Assembly: GCF_964204645.1 (NCBI RefSeq)
Contig: NC_134028.1
Location: forward strand, 496,001 to 560,000
DNA from: Tubulanus polymorphus
Lineage: Eukaryota; Animalia; Nemertea
Direction: 5' to 3'
Length of the DNA: 64,000 nucleotides
In this document: positions 25,660-43,369 of the stretch, in pieces
Position numbering within the stretch: the stretch's first letter is position 1
Layout of the letters: each line of letters begins with the position of its first letter
Translations under genes and position numbers: made by a program
Notes under the pieces: model-generated
The model's input: only the letters and a program-made list of their open reading frames with translations
The model's database searches: none
Told to the model about the DNA's origin: nothing

Positions 25660-28600
25660 CGTCAGTGTTTATTTCTTGGTAATTGCCTTTTTAGTGCCCT
25701 GGGGCCAGTTCCATGGGTGATGGCTTGGGAGGTGAATCAAAGCTTTTCTCATATCGGTATTTATACATAATTCAATCGTGAACGTCTTTCTGTATTCCAA
25801 GACTGATTCTATTGGCTAATACAGTCAAACTAAATCGTTTAATCCGCATCGGCTTAATCCGAATTTTGGTCTAATCCGGATAATATTTACAGTCAATTTA
25901 ATCATTAATATACACGAAAATGACTTTTAATCCGGATTTGCCGTAAAACGGATGAATTTTGTTGGTCCCAATGATCGGAATTAGTGAGATTCTATCATAC
26001 CATTTACTCTCCTTATATAAAGCTCTAATGTTGGTACAGTTATTAATTTCAAACAAAACTAGTGTTGAGTGATGAATGAAATTTGACTTAAGAAAAATCT
26101 GTATTCCTCAGACGAGGTATTTCATAGCCGTCGCAGGATTCTTACTAGAGTAGGATGCGACGGCTGACATAGCCGACGACTTATATTTTGAAAGCCCTGC
26201 TGCTCAACATCATCACGTTCAAGTCACTTAAGAAAAATAAGTTTCATGCAAAAGTCACGCATAAAAACAAAATATGAATATTATATCTAGCCCATTTGAA
26301 AAGGAGGGGTATTTAAAATCGGTAAGAAAAATAAACGGCTGAAAGTTTTGGAAACGTATCAACGAACTATATACTAGATTACGTATATAATTCGGGTAGT
26401 GAAGTTCTGTATCCTGCGTTCTGAATGTTTAAGATATTTGTAAACTTCCTATAATGATAATAATATATTTCCCTACTAAACCTAAATAACATGATTACAT
26501 TCGTTGATATTAAGAAATTTTTCCTACCTACAAAACTGCAACTTTTCACCAGTTTCCGACCTGATCCAGTTAGTTAATCCAATCCTGAGTCAATTTAATT
26601 CCGTGTCCAAGTCTTTAAACGTTCACAAAATCCAGTTTTCAGGCGAAATTTTCTATCGAAGTTCGGTTGAAAATGTTCCAATTTTTTTAGTTCATACAAT
26701 CTTAAAACTTTCCAAAAACAATGTCTCCGTAATGAGCATACGATTCCCGATTGAATTAATTCCTTTCCGAGTAAAATCCAATCAGAATAGCGAAAGATGG
26801 CGCACGATTCGACTGACATTACGATTTATTCGATGAAATCGAATTTCCCGGCGCCTGCGACAAGCCCAGACACGCTTCAGTTCGCGGACGCTGATTGGCT
26901 AATCGATCTCAATAGGGGGATATCGTCTATTGCTAGTGCGCGGGATATTTCAATTGTGGCGTGTTCTATTGTGTTGCAACAATAGGGGGATGAGCTATTG
27001 CGACAGCGGGATGCGGGATGGGTCCATTTGTTACAAATATCTTGAAATATCGAGCCGGGGGTAGTTTCATCCTCGATACTTTGCTGATTGAGGTTTTAGG
27101 GGTTTTTATTAAGGTTTATCGCCGTTTTTAATGATATCTGTAAAAAAGGAACTTGAAGATGCGACTACCCTCTCACTGGACGGGTCTATGTTTGTGATCT
27201 CATTATAGAGACGGCGTCGCGCATGAGACAATAGATACATGTGACTGCAGCATATCATTATGTAGAAATCATATGGAGGACAAAACTCTCTTAATTCTAT
27301 CGGGCGACGAACGTACAACGAACAGGTTCGTAAATACTCCTTTGATATACGATTAGGCGCCATGTACTGGTCGGGGATGGGGCAAGAGAAGCGAAATAAA
27401 GGCTCAAAGTTACTGATTGAATAAGTGTCCAAACCCTATCAAACATGTCAACTTGAACCCAGGTAGCGATTGTAGTTCGAGGTTTTAGTTATACCCACAT
27501 GCGGACGCGCGTCTGGGGACGGGGGTATTTGGGATGTGACAAATGATTATTCCAGTTTTCCTGCTGTGTGTCCGTGTTATCCTAAACCAGGGAAAAGAAG
27601 GGGACCAGAAGACCATGCACCATCAGACCATAAAGAAATAATCGTCTCTTTATCAATGTATTTCTATTTATTTCCATTTACAATATATAGACCTATATAA
27701 GATTGATTCTATAGTAAAAATGAGTTAGTTTTTGTATGGAAAGAAAATTTTTTTGAAATTTGGTGTCAAATATGCGGACGCTGGAACCCGGGAAAAATTC
27801 TCTCCTTCAACATCCAATGGCAAGTTACAGGGTTCGAATCACGGACACAGAGTTTAATTCATTGAATAAATTTCATTCTATATTTCCCATAGATGATGCA
27901 TAAGAAATAAGGTGCATTGAAACTCGTGATTATCAATTCAGAAAATAGATAAGGTTCCTCTAGGGGCACATAGGCTTGTAGATATTGATATTGATGAAAG
28001 CAGAATGTAGCCTAAGCAATAATGACACCTTTAAGTAAATAATGCAAATATCTTTTCTTAATTTATAGCTTGATTCTGAAGAAGGGGAGAACACAGTTTT
28101 CATGACAGATTTCATCATCATCATTTGTGCGGTCTGAAGTATTTTGGGTCACCCAGACTCGACATTACGGCCTCCAATATCATCATTCGAGGTTAATTTT
28201 ATATTTCTGTGAAATATTTTGCTCAAATAAATTCATTTTGTTTTCATATCAATGAAAATAAGTGTTGTTAATCATTTCAGTATGAAATTTGGCTCTGTTT
28301 TGAGGAATTATTATTTTTCCAGAAATTCAGCTTGACATCGCCATGACAACGAACCAGTCAAAACAAACAACAATCATTCAGAAATGAAGCCCTGTAGATT
28401 CTCAAATTTGGTTTAAAGTTTGTTTATATTGGTTGAGTAGATTTTGAATGATGCAAAACTGGAGACGGTGGTTCTTCCCCAAAATCATCTCGGTACTGAT
28501 GGTAAACTTTACTGCCAGTCCCTGGGGGCTTTTAGTCACTCAGATATAGTGATACAATGTGTTCAGATCAAAAGTTCACAGTTCAAATTTCCGATAGATG

Positions 28601-30127
28601 GCGCCTGCGAGATATAACTCATTGCCAATCGTCGCTATTAGCTATTCCAGTAATTTAGTGGTTCAGCAAAATTCCAATAGGTGGCGAACATGTAGTAACT
28701 AATTAGACACCTTGGTTCATCATCTGATCAGAATCCTGGGTTTGAAGCTGGGACATCCCGACACAGTGATATAGAAACGATGATTCATTCATTTAACCAG
28801 GCGTCACAGATTTCAGTAATTGAGATCCTCGACTGAAAATAAATCAAACAACATTCATTATAACATCATTAGAGCAATTTCACAAAAATCATAGCAAATA
28901 TTCGATATAAATAAGAGTAACTAAACGAACCTGATCTAAACATCACCTTCTTTTGAGTAGAATAAACAAAACTCCAGTGAAATGTTTAAGTTGAAATGAT
29001 TAAAAAAAGTTGAAAATAAACACAGATTCAAAAAGATTCAAAATGATTTGAGTGCCAAGAATTTTCAGTGTTACAATCTTTTTCCATACAAGACTTCACG
29101 GTTAACTGATCAATTTATCCTCTACAATTTAGTTCCAGGGTTCACACTTAAAGTCGGGAACACATCGAAATGCTACACTGAAACTGGTTTGTAGATGTCT
29201 GTGATTATATATTCTTAAGATATATCTACCTGAATTGAATGATCGCCTGGTCACTTCATTGCTTAAAATGATTTCTTCTTGAACTTCCTGATGACTCCAG
29301 TGTTTTGTAGCGCAACATCCTAAAATAAACATAAAAACCTCAGAGAAGACATGCAGCTAACATCCAGGGTGGCCGCCGGGTTAGATACGGTACATATTAG
29401 GGTTTGATATGATTTATATTTTTGACTTCTTGAATGATGACGGTTTTACTTCACGCATCGCAATCAGTGATCACGTCATTGCCACTCGTGGTAAAACGCA
29501 GTAACCCTAGTGTTGGCCTGTTTAGTAAACGTACCCTATTGTTGTTTACGCTAATTAGTATGACCGGTGAGGTGTGGCAGGTGAGGTTGGACTAGTCTGA
29601 GGTTCGGTTGAGAAATATAATTTTCAAGGTCGTTGACCAAAGTAAGTAATTCAGTCAATAAAGCCCGATATACGTAGGCCGTACCCCAGCAACTGGGGTT
29701 ATAAAGGTAAGATTTTCTATATTTTCCGAATTATATCCTACTTGAACATATTTTTTTGGTTATATCGGTTGAAATAATCCCGTCGAAATTGCTCTAGATT
29801 TCGTTTTTTTGTATGGATTTCCTCGCGACACAGTCACAAGTGTTTGGCGATGCAATGGGCTTAGATTTCATTTCCGGGTTGTTGATAATCTCGCGAGAAT
29901 GGCGCAATGAAATGAAATGAAATGCAAAATATCATAAAAAATACCTTGTGTTTATATTGTTTATTTAATCCAAGCCCATCGCCAAACAGCTGTGGGATTA
30001 TTTAGTCGCGAAACTGTCTTTTTCAACAAAACCGAACATTTTTAGGCCTACCTGTTGGTCACAAGCGGCTCGTCAGAGTAAGTAGGCAGGAACTGTAAAA
30101 ATCTGTTAATTCTATTTTCTATTTCAG

Positions 30128-31079
30128 ATGTTTTGGAAGATTGTCTTAGCGTTTCTGGTATTGCTGATTGGAGTGTTATTACAGCTTGAATTCAAAGGAC
30201 CGACAGTCATTACGAGCCAAAAAGTTCTTTTATCTAGACCTTTAAACAGTGTATTTGATTTCGTGTCAAATCTTGAACAAATAGATCAGGTAAATTCTTC
30301 CCTGAATCGTTGAAGTAAATGGTTGAATTAACTCTTTGAATTAACTCGTTGAATTAACTCTTTGAATTAACTCTTTGAATTAACTGATTGAATTAACTCG
30401 TTGAATGAACTCATTGAATTAACTCTTTGAATTAACTCATTGAATTAACTCATTGAATTAACTCATTGAATGAATTAACTCGTTGAATTAACTCATTGAA
30501 TTAACTCTTTTATTAAATCTGAATTATTAAATTTCTAAAATGATATATTTCAGTGGTACCCAATACTGCATAATTTAAAAGCCATCGATCCAAAAAGTCA
30601 GAATCATGTCGGTAAATTATACAGGGAGCCTGGTAGTAACTCATTCCCATTCTTTGGTAAAAACATCGAGACCTCGTTCCGACAAGTTAGGTTTGACTGT
30701 TTGCTCTCGATACACATTTCTCCTTTTTATCACTATTTACAGGAACCGGATCGGTTGAAGTGGTTGCCTGCAACCCGCCGAATTTCTTCAGTTTTACTGT
30801 TGATTCAATGTTTTTACCGCTGTATGAACTGTCGTTGGAAGCTGATTCATCAATGGAACACACAGATACCATGTTAACCGTGAAGCTGTTATCTCGACGA
30901 CAAAGTTATGCATTTAGAGTAAGTCTAACAATAATCGGGATTAAATCAATAATCGCTTGTGAAATAATGGCTGCTGCGTTGTGTATTTTCAGTATATTAT
31001 ATGTCCAGTAGTTCAGTTATACAGTACCCTACAGCTGCAGCAGAGTCTGTTTATGTTGAAGATGCTTTTTCGTGAATGA
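30128..31079 (+). CDS. SRPBCC/START-like (polyketide cyclase-type) domain protein with N-terminal signal/TM anchor, ~175 aa, 4 coding exons
   Basis: Exons 30128-30289, 30554-30656, 30743-30918, 30993-31079, all GT-AG and in phase. MFWKIVLAFLVLLIGVLL hydrophobic leader; 'LSRPLNSVFDFVSNLEQIDQWYP' matches the SRPBCC N-terminal pattern. Likely 5' UTR donors at ~29707 and ~30078. Confidence 0.8.
30322..30507. repeat. 13-bp intronic minisatellite (ttgaattaactcN) ~14 units
   Basis: Direct reading. Confidence 0.92.
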
Positions 31080-33219
31080 AGATATGAACGCTTATTCAGT
31101 TTGGTCGGAGGCGATTCATCTAACTCAGAGATTGTAGACAAGAGCGCCATAAACAAGAGCGCCATAATAATCTACTTCATATGAAATTCGTATCACCTGC
31201 GATGGTTTTATATGCATTTTAACAATCTTCATTCCTTCTGGTTGCGCGTCGTAATTAGTTATTATTCTACAGCTGGTGCAGATCCCTACAGGTCACATCC
31301 CTACAGGTCACATCGATGTCCAAAAATACAATACTCTCGCACTGAGGGGCTCGTTTTAAAGAACTACCGGTAAATAAAAAAGGGGTCAAAATTGAAAAGG
31401 ACAAAAAATTTGATGGACTATACAAGTCTTGCAAGTCTCCCTGGATCGGCTCCTGTACAGCAGAACCTCGTGAAAACTTCAGACAACCTGAAAATATGTT
31501 TGTAATAATGGATAGTTCGTTATATCTAGTATAGAACGACCGAAGTTAAATCCTTTTCGGGACGAAATTCTAGATTTGTAATCAATGATAAATCGTTATG
31601 ACGAGGTTCTGTTGGATGTAGACCTGCAGAAAAAGCAACACTTAGTTTAGAACTACATTTAGTTTGTTTGGTTCTCAACTCAGTTTCCAGTCAACAATCG
31701 GTTTACATATTTCATTCTGTACTCGTGTTGAATCTAATGTATTTGTAACTTATTTTAAAGTCATTTGTATAATGTTTGATATAGTCATTAATTTTAATCT
31801 TTATCGATAAATGTATTTGTCAGAGTATGAATTTTTGTAATGATCTCTTGAGTCTTGAGAACAAAGTTCCGTCCATGCTTTTCATTGATTAGATGTTTTA
31901 TGTGTAAAATAGATTAAAGGATTGATGTTGTTTATATTTACTGTTCCAATACTCACCGAAAAAACTATCGATTTGCTTTTAAACGTATTGTGACTATCAT
32001 TTCTTTTACAGGTAGCATTAAATGAATTCAGATATTGTTAATCTCAATTATCTAAAAGTGATTTGACTTTGAATACATTTGATAGTTCAAAATTAGACAC
32101 ATCTTTTTATTGTGGTGTAAAGTGTGATGAATCTAGTCTAGGATTTGAAACACTGCCGCTGGAACTGATACAGAGCGATAGTTGTTTAAACTTAATGATA
32201 TGAAGTACAGTTTTTTTGTGATTTTTAGAATGAAATGTTTTTATATTTTAATGTTTAGACTATCTGCTAGTAGCGGTATGTAAGCTTTAGATGTGTTCTT
32301 GTCATTCGTTGTTCAATAAATATCTTTTTACTCGTGAAATATTTTTGTGTGATTTATGTATGTATATAATGGTGGTCGAGTTGGGATGATGGCGAATATC
32401 ACAGTATTAACTGCTAGTTTATTTCCGATCGGTCTAATTGAACCCGTAGATGCTGGAGATGGGCCATGCTAAATACTCTCCATCCAATTTCGTATGTGCT
32501 ACCAACAATCATACATGAATTGCAGATCTAACAACAAAATCCCGTTGCAACCAGACAAGGATTTCCTAGGTTTCCGACGATTCCTGTAAATTACTTTTAT
32601 CCATTTTCAGAGATTCATTCAAAATGCTTTATCCGTAACATCAATTTAATTGATGTTTTGTTAGCTTATCTTTGTCCCTTTCTTTCAAGACATTGTAAAG
32701 GTTTTGCTGGTTTTCATGCATCGAAAAAACTGAAAATTCCAAAATTGACAAAGTTCCACCGAATATGTTTTGGGAACCTTTTTATATGTTATTTTAGGTC
32801 TAAATACGTATATATAAACGTAATGCCATTGGTTTCATATCTGTTGCAATTTCTTTATTACCCAAATTAAAGCCGCAGTGATTGCGTGTGATAAAATCTC
32901 TTGGTACTACAGCCCCCCCCCCCGGCTTGTTGGAGTGGTCCTTTTCTCAAAATATTTGTATTTGTATGTTAATATGTATTTAATATTAGTGAGAATAAAG
33001 TATTTATATTCATAATCTTGATTGACAGTTCCTAACACCAAATCTGGTCCTTATGTAAAGAAAATACGTGTCTATCTATCATTGAATGTTCTGTACTGAA
33101 GTCTTACGGAAAATAAATGTAAGTGGTTTTATACAGCAAGAGGCGCCGTTCAAAATTCCGGTTTAGTTGTGAGTATTGCAGCTAGGGCGCTTACTAGGAC
33201 TACTCGCAATCGTATAGAA

Positions 33220-36080
33220 ATGGTAATTATAGTCTTTCACTTTTTATTTTTGAATAGCTTTGCTCCAAAAGATATTATCACTGTCGAATATATTTTTCTA
33301 AATCCTTTTTTGTCTGTAATTAATGTCAGTTGATTTTCGAATGATCCTTCGAAACGTCGAAATTCCTTTTGGTCACTTACGCGAGGAAGACCTTTCACAG
33401 ATATATTGCGCTTTAAACATTGATTTATTAGATTGAAGGAAAAGTAAATGCTGCATTTGTCGGGGACGGCGAGTCAACAAACGTCCACAATCAGAGAACT
33501 GGTCGAGACGATCTCAGCGTCGAGAAAAGTCAAAGACATCAACATAATACGAAGTTTTCTGTTTGTTTTTACTGCGCTACTTCAGTGACAACGTTAGTCG
33601 TCGCTCTCGTTGTATTTGTCCCCATATACGTAATTTGTGAGTTAAATTTTTTGTTCCACGTGAATCGCTTGACACACATTCGAGAACACGAAATCTTTGA
33701 ATCGCAGTTCTTTGACACCAACAAGTTATTTAATCGCTCTATATCAATTTAACCACTCTATTTTCAAGCATTACACATCAATCGTGGTACTACCTCGACA
33801 TCAACCTTTCATTACCCGAACTACTTATACAAATATCGTCAATATTACAGTTATCGAACCTCGCCTCGACAAAGATTGGCGGGAACCAGTCTCCGCAGCG
33901 GAGGCGGTGAAAGATTCGGTTTGGGGATACGTTGAAGTCCGGCCCGGAGCTCACATGTTCTGGTGGCTTTATTTTGCGAAACCCGCTTCAAACCACATCG
34001 AAAAACCATTTTTTATTTGGATTCAGGTAGAAACGACTTCGATCGATAGAGAGATAAAGAGATAGATATCGTCGCTCATCAATTGCCGAACTAAACTATG
34101 ATATTTCGATGTTTGTAGGGTGGACCTAGTGAATCGGGAACCGGTATAGGAAACATGCTTGAAATGGGACCGTATGATGAGAATCTTATTAAACGACAAA
34201 CATCATGGGTAAACTAGGAGAAGAATTTCATTTTGGTTCACGATTTATGAAATATGAACCCATTCCCAAATAATATTCAATCGAGCTGAATCGGTAATTT
34301 TTCTCTTACGCCTCTTTATTTGATATTCATCTGTGACAGGTTCACTACGCGAGTATATTGTTCACCGATCAACCTGTCGGTACTGGTTACAGTTATGTAG
34401 ACAAACCGTCTTTAATGACTAATTCTACCGACCAAATGGTGCGAGATCTTTTCGTCCTCGTCCAGCGAATCCTTACGACATATCCACAATTTCAAACGGT
34501 TCCTCTGTATATTTTTGGCGAATCTTACGGTGGAAAAATCGCTCCACTTCTCGCCAAATTGATTCATCAGGTACAAAAGTATAACCTCAGATATCGCGAT
34601 TTTCTCATTTTCACGAGGCAATGAACAGATTGAAGGTATTTCTTAATTGTAGGAAGTTTTGGCAAATCGTATGAAGTGTAATTTAGTGGAGATTGTTCTC
34701 GGAGGTCCTGCTGTCCATTTACTAGATATCGTATCGACCTATGGAAACTTCCTCTATTCAGTGGTAAAAAGTTTATACACGGTTAAAAGTAAAACTGAAC
34801 GATGAAACGTTTGGTTAAAACTGTCTAATATTTTATTTTGTTAAGTTGATTTCAAAATCGGTCGGGTGTGTTTGAGTATGGAGGTTTAACCCGAAGACAA
34901 TTGACACTGTAGTTTATGCCATTTTTTGTAGTCGCTGATGGACACGAATGAGAGGGACCATTACAACAACGTAGTTTTTAAACAATTTGAAAGCAGTTTT
35001 CTCGCAAATCCAGCAAATTCCTCCCAGTTACTGACTTCAATATTTTCACAGTTTCCCAAAGACGTCGACACTTACAATTTTCTTACGTGGAACAAAAGAA
35101 AAAGTGATTACAATTTACTCATTCTATATATTAGTCTTCTATATTGAAATGTTTATTATGAGAGCAGTTTAATTCGTTGACGATCAACCATTCTAAAATA
35201 AAACAATTATATCGACAAATTTATACCGTTCAATATCTTTTCAAGAAAGGGCGAAGCAATTGGATGAGCTAATGAATGGAGTTATGAAGCGTGAATTATC
35301 AGTAATACCGAGTCATGTTAGTTGGAAAGGTAACTGTTTCTGATTCCGAGTGACGATCAGGCAGCATTATATATACTTTTATTTCATCACTTGTATTTTG
35401 TATAGAGTATGATACTGATGTCTACTCGACGGAACGTCCAAATATGGCGGTTCCAATTGCCAACACAGGTATAAACATTTTACACTCATTTAAATAAAAT
35501 GATATCATCTGTAATTCTTAGCTCAAACACGCGACGATATAATTTTTTTTTTTGAATTTTTTTTTCAGTCGATTTTATATTGAATTCGACAAATATAAAC
35601 GTGACAGTTTACGTCGGTCAATTGGACATCGTTGTCAATTCATTGGGTATGTCATCATCAACACTGATTTATCTATCCTAAATTTAGATTTTAGAGAGGG
35701 TGACAAAATACACGATATAATAATCAACTATAGAGTGTATTCTTGCCGCCAATGTTTCGTTGATGATTATCACCGTTTTTTTGTCATTACAGGTTCTGAA
35801 AAATGGTTGCATCGCTTAACGTGGCCGGGAATCGAGAACTTCTTCTCCAGTAATCGCACAAGATTGTCCGCTGGTCCGAATCCAGAAGGCTTCGTGAAAA
35901 CTGCTGATAAATTTTCATTCTACTGGATTTTAAACGCCGGTCACGAGGTGACTATCAGAATCCGTTAACTCAATCTAATAACTAATTCATTCATTATTTT
36001 GTTTTATATCATTTCAGGTCCCCGCTGACAACAGTTACGCATCAGAACTTATGATTCGTCATATACTAAATTTGTTATAA
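33220..36080 (+). CDS. SCPEP1: Serine carboxypeptidase (peptidase S10, SCPEP1/RISC-like), 12 exons
   Basis: Exons 33220-33222, 33432-33636, 33851-34026, 34119-34208, 34340-34570, 34653-34763, 34932-35103, 35246-35329, 35406-35468, 35569-35646, 35793-35947, 36018-36080. Motifs WGYVEVRPGAHMFWWLY, WIQGGP, DQPVGTGYSY, GESYGG (Ser), GQLD (Asp), AGHEVP (His). The first two exons are less certain. Confidence 0.92.
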
Positions 36081-36714
36081 ACTCGTAAAGCATATTCCGC
36101 TATTCTCCGTATGTTGCGCCAGATTATGGACTCTGAATCTATTTGGTTAAGAATCGATGGTTAGATGTAAAGAATTTAACGGTCATCTCTTCAAAGTCCT
36201 GAAATAGCATACTTACATTATTCCATAGTTTATATAAACGAAGTATCATTTTATATGATTTATACTCGTAATCGTTAACAACTTTTAATCTAAATATTGT
36301 ATGGAAATTTCTCCAAGCTAATAAAACATGTGTAACTTTCAAGTATTTTATTTTCGTCTGTCACGTGGAAAATCGACAAAATCAATTGATGTTTCGAGTT
36401 GGACTAAACGGAGCGCCCTGAACGACAAAACATATGCTTTTTTATTGTTTTACGTGTCGGAATTATTATGAACTTGTTGCCTTTAAACCAGACTGAGTCA
36501 TTGTTCGTTGTTATCGGTAGCTACGTGTTTTTATCCGCAGTCGCGGTGGTATCATCCTCGATCTCTCCTCCAAATATTTTAATGGAAAACGCACATTATC
36601 TCATGTTTAATCGAGACATATCAATTAAATCTGTGAACATAAAATGTGTTTGGAAAATGTTGTTCGATCACTTCGCGTCACCTGATAACGGCGGACATTA
36701 GGAAACGTGTGAAC

Positions 36715-38520
<1,806 letters not shown>

Positions 38521-38629
38521 AAAAATCATCGAACATAAAATCTCCATCTTTGTTGATTCATAAGTTTATACGTTCCGCGTATCGTTTTCCTCCGTCCTCG
38601 CTTGCCAGGGGTCCGGTATAGCTTCCACC

Positions 38630-38884
38630 AGCGCCCCCTGGCCGCACCACGAAGCGTGATTTCATTACTGGTCCTTTCGTGCATGACGTCATATATCAAC
38701 TTGCAAAATACTTCGTTGTTCGGTAAAACGTTCGCTGATTGGTCCATTTAACGGGAAACCAACAGAAGCCTTATGTCGTTTGTTACAAGCGCTGTGATTG
38801 GTACGACCGGTCGGCTAGTAACGACTCCAGATTCGCGAGGTCAAGGAGTTCGGGGAACAGCTATAGCGTAGTGGGTTCGAATCC
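38630..38884. promoter_or_regulatory. Candidate regulatory island: CTCF-like site, CRE, two CCAAT boxes, Pol III B box
   Basis: Minus CGGCCAGGGGGCGCT (38630-38644), TGACGTCA (38684-38691), ATTGG at ~38738 and ~38797, GGTTCGAATCC (38874-38884). Confidence 0.45.
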
Positions 38885-40438
38885 CTTGACGAGTTGAAGA
38901 TTCCTTCTCCTCGACAGATTCCGATGGCGAAGCGGAGGAAACGCCCTGGAAATCCTGCGACAACAACGGGAAATAAATAAAGAGAACAACGAAGAGATTT
39001 CGGTTGAACAAAGTGTATTTATTCTCTTATCAACAGAAAGAGACAAATCAAATTACTTACAGAGTGAAAAATATCCAGCGTGCCCGACACGTTAGTTCAC
39101 AGAGATACATTCAATCCAGGCCCACTAGGTATTATCTCTTCCATATTCTATTCATCTCCCGACTAACTCCAGATGAATCAAGCACTTTATTATGAGGGGC
39201 GAGGATTTTAAAACATAGCACAGGGGTTTGAGTACTAGAGTATTTTGACTTCTCTTTTAAACGTATATTATTGTACAAATTGAAATGCGTAATGTTATAA
39301 TAATCGGGCTTCTATACTACTGACTAATCTTATATCTTTTAATATTCAAGATTAGATGAATGAACGATTTGAGGCGAGCTTCAAACCCGAAACCGTCCAA
39401 CTAAACAAACCGAAACGCGCGATCTGATCGAAAAGAGTCTCAAATAATTACGAGGTTCTCGGTTTTACTAAACATGTAAAATTGATAAAGCGGTTTGCGC
39501 AGTTTATTGAAGGAATAAATATGTTTTCGGTCAAGGATTTATCTTTGATAATTTCGTTGTATTGAGCGGAATATACCTATAAATATTGAAAGTTTCAATT
39601 CCGAGCATAAACCGACAGTTTCAAGAATTTCGTGCGAGAGTTGAGGAGAAAAAGGGGTTACTGACTACAGATTACGATTGTTTGAATGAACAACAAGAGG
39701 TGGTCTGACGGTTGTCTTTCAATTAGCAATATTCGATTTCTCTAGGCTCACACGCTCGACATAAGGCAGCGGTAACTTACGCGCACACGTAGATGTAATA
39801 AAATATTACTAGTCATGTATGATCGGGAATATAGGACAATCGAGAGAGTGATGAGACATCAGAGTCTGATTTTACTAAATAATTCATGAACAAAAGTCGG
39901 CACCATTATCAAAAAAAGAGAAACAAAACATAACCGAATATCACAAACATTCATTAGTAGATTCTATAGTAATGAATGAGTTACGTACAAAAATGTACAG
40001 AGTAAAATGATTTCTTATATATCGTAATATTCCTTGCTTATTGTATAGAGAGTGACGTCCGCGCATAGAGTTGAAAACTTCTGAAATATTCACTACATCG
40101 ACATTTACATTTGACTCTTTAAACGCGCATTAATTAACTATTCATGAAAAAGAAGAGTGGACAGAATTCTACTGTCACCGGCTGCTAAACTTATACACTG
40201 ATCGTTCACTGAAAATAATGCCTTACTGATGATGAGGCCACGGAAATTGTCTGTGTTTGTCTGGAAAGTACGAACTACGAACATAAGATTGTAAATATTG
40301 TGAACAGGCATTAGTAACTATACTTAGAGGAATATTTCTAAATAAATGCCTATCCCCGATTTAATGTCGATACAGCCAGCAGCTCTAAGTATAATATGTT
40401 TACAACCATTTCATGAATACTTAATTCATTTGAAAAAC

Positions 40439-40502
40439 CAGGACCCAGTTAGTACTAACCTCGACTTACACATGGTTAGTGAAATTTAAACTCTGGCTCC
40501 TG
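40439..40502. mobile_element. Degenerate relative of the 10566 MITE
   Basis: caggacccagtt ... aactctggctcctg. Confidence 0.4.
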
Positions 40503-41196
40503 TTTTATCAAATATTATCACTTCATCACTGACAGAAATTACAAAGTTCATCCATATTATTTATCTCTTTCACGTATATTGAATAGTTTAACATCGCTGA
40601 TGACCGAAATAATAAATCATGCATAAATCACTACTTTCTAATCACATGTCTGGAAATAAGAGAGGTTTTTGTTTTTCATTCGGTTCACGGAAAGTTCACA
40701 AAGAGATATGGAAATAAACGACACACGTGAAATAAAGACAAATTAAATACCAAATTTCAATATCTGCCTTCGATCGACAGAGATACCGACCATCGTAGTT
40801 AGATAGGAAAACAAATAGAGACAGGTCGGGACAAAGTATTTTTGTTCATATAATTAGCGACATGTATTTTGAAAGATAAATAGTCGACAGTCTCCGAGAT
40901 ATTAAATATGTTCACTGTTTCATTACAATTCTACATCAGTTCGTGAATCATTCAAAGTGACACAAATATGACCAAGTTTTCGATGAAATATGAGTCGAAC
41001 ATTTAAAATCCCTCCCCGAATAACTGAACGCAGGACCAAGATCTTCCTCATTCAAAAGTGTTCATTGTCCCCGGATGAAATCCTTTGGATACAGAAAATG
41101 ATGTTTCCCCCTACTCATTGTTTTACGTTGAAAATACAAAAATTATCGTTCATTTCATTTTGAGACAAGTTTTTCAATCGACACGATTTATAATTC

Positions 41197-43369
<2,173 letters not shown>

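Noticed and set aside
27109-27432. 107-aa minus-strand ORF
   Set aside because: TTG start, no recognisable motif or splice context.
28663-28723. Minus-strand box C/D snoRNA candidate
   Set aside because: Boxes are present but there is no terminal stem or recognisable rRNA complementarity; needs snoscan.
39352-39413. Hammerhead-like hairpin followed by CGAAAC
   Set aside because: No CUGANGA core and poor stem I.
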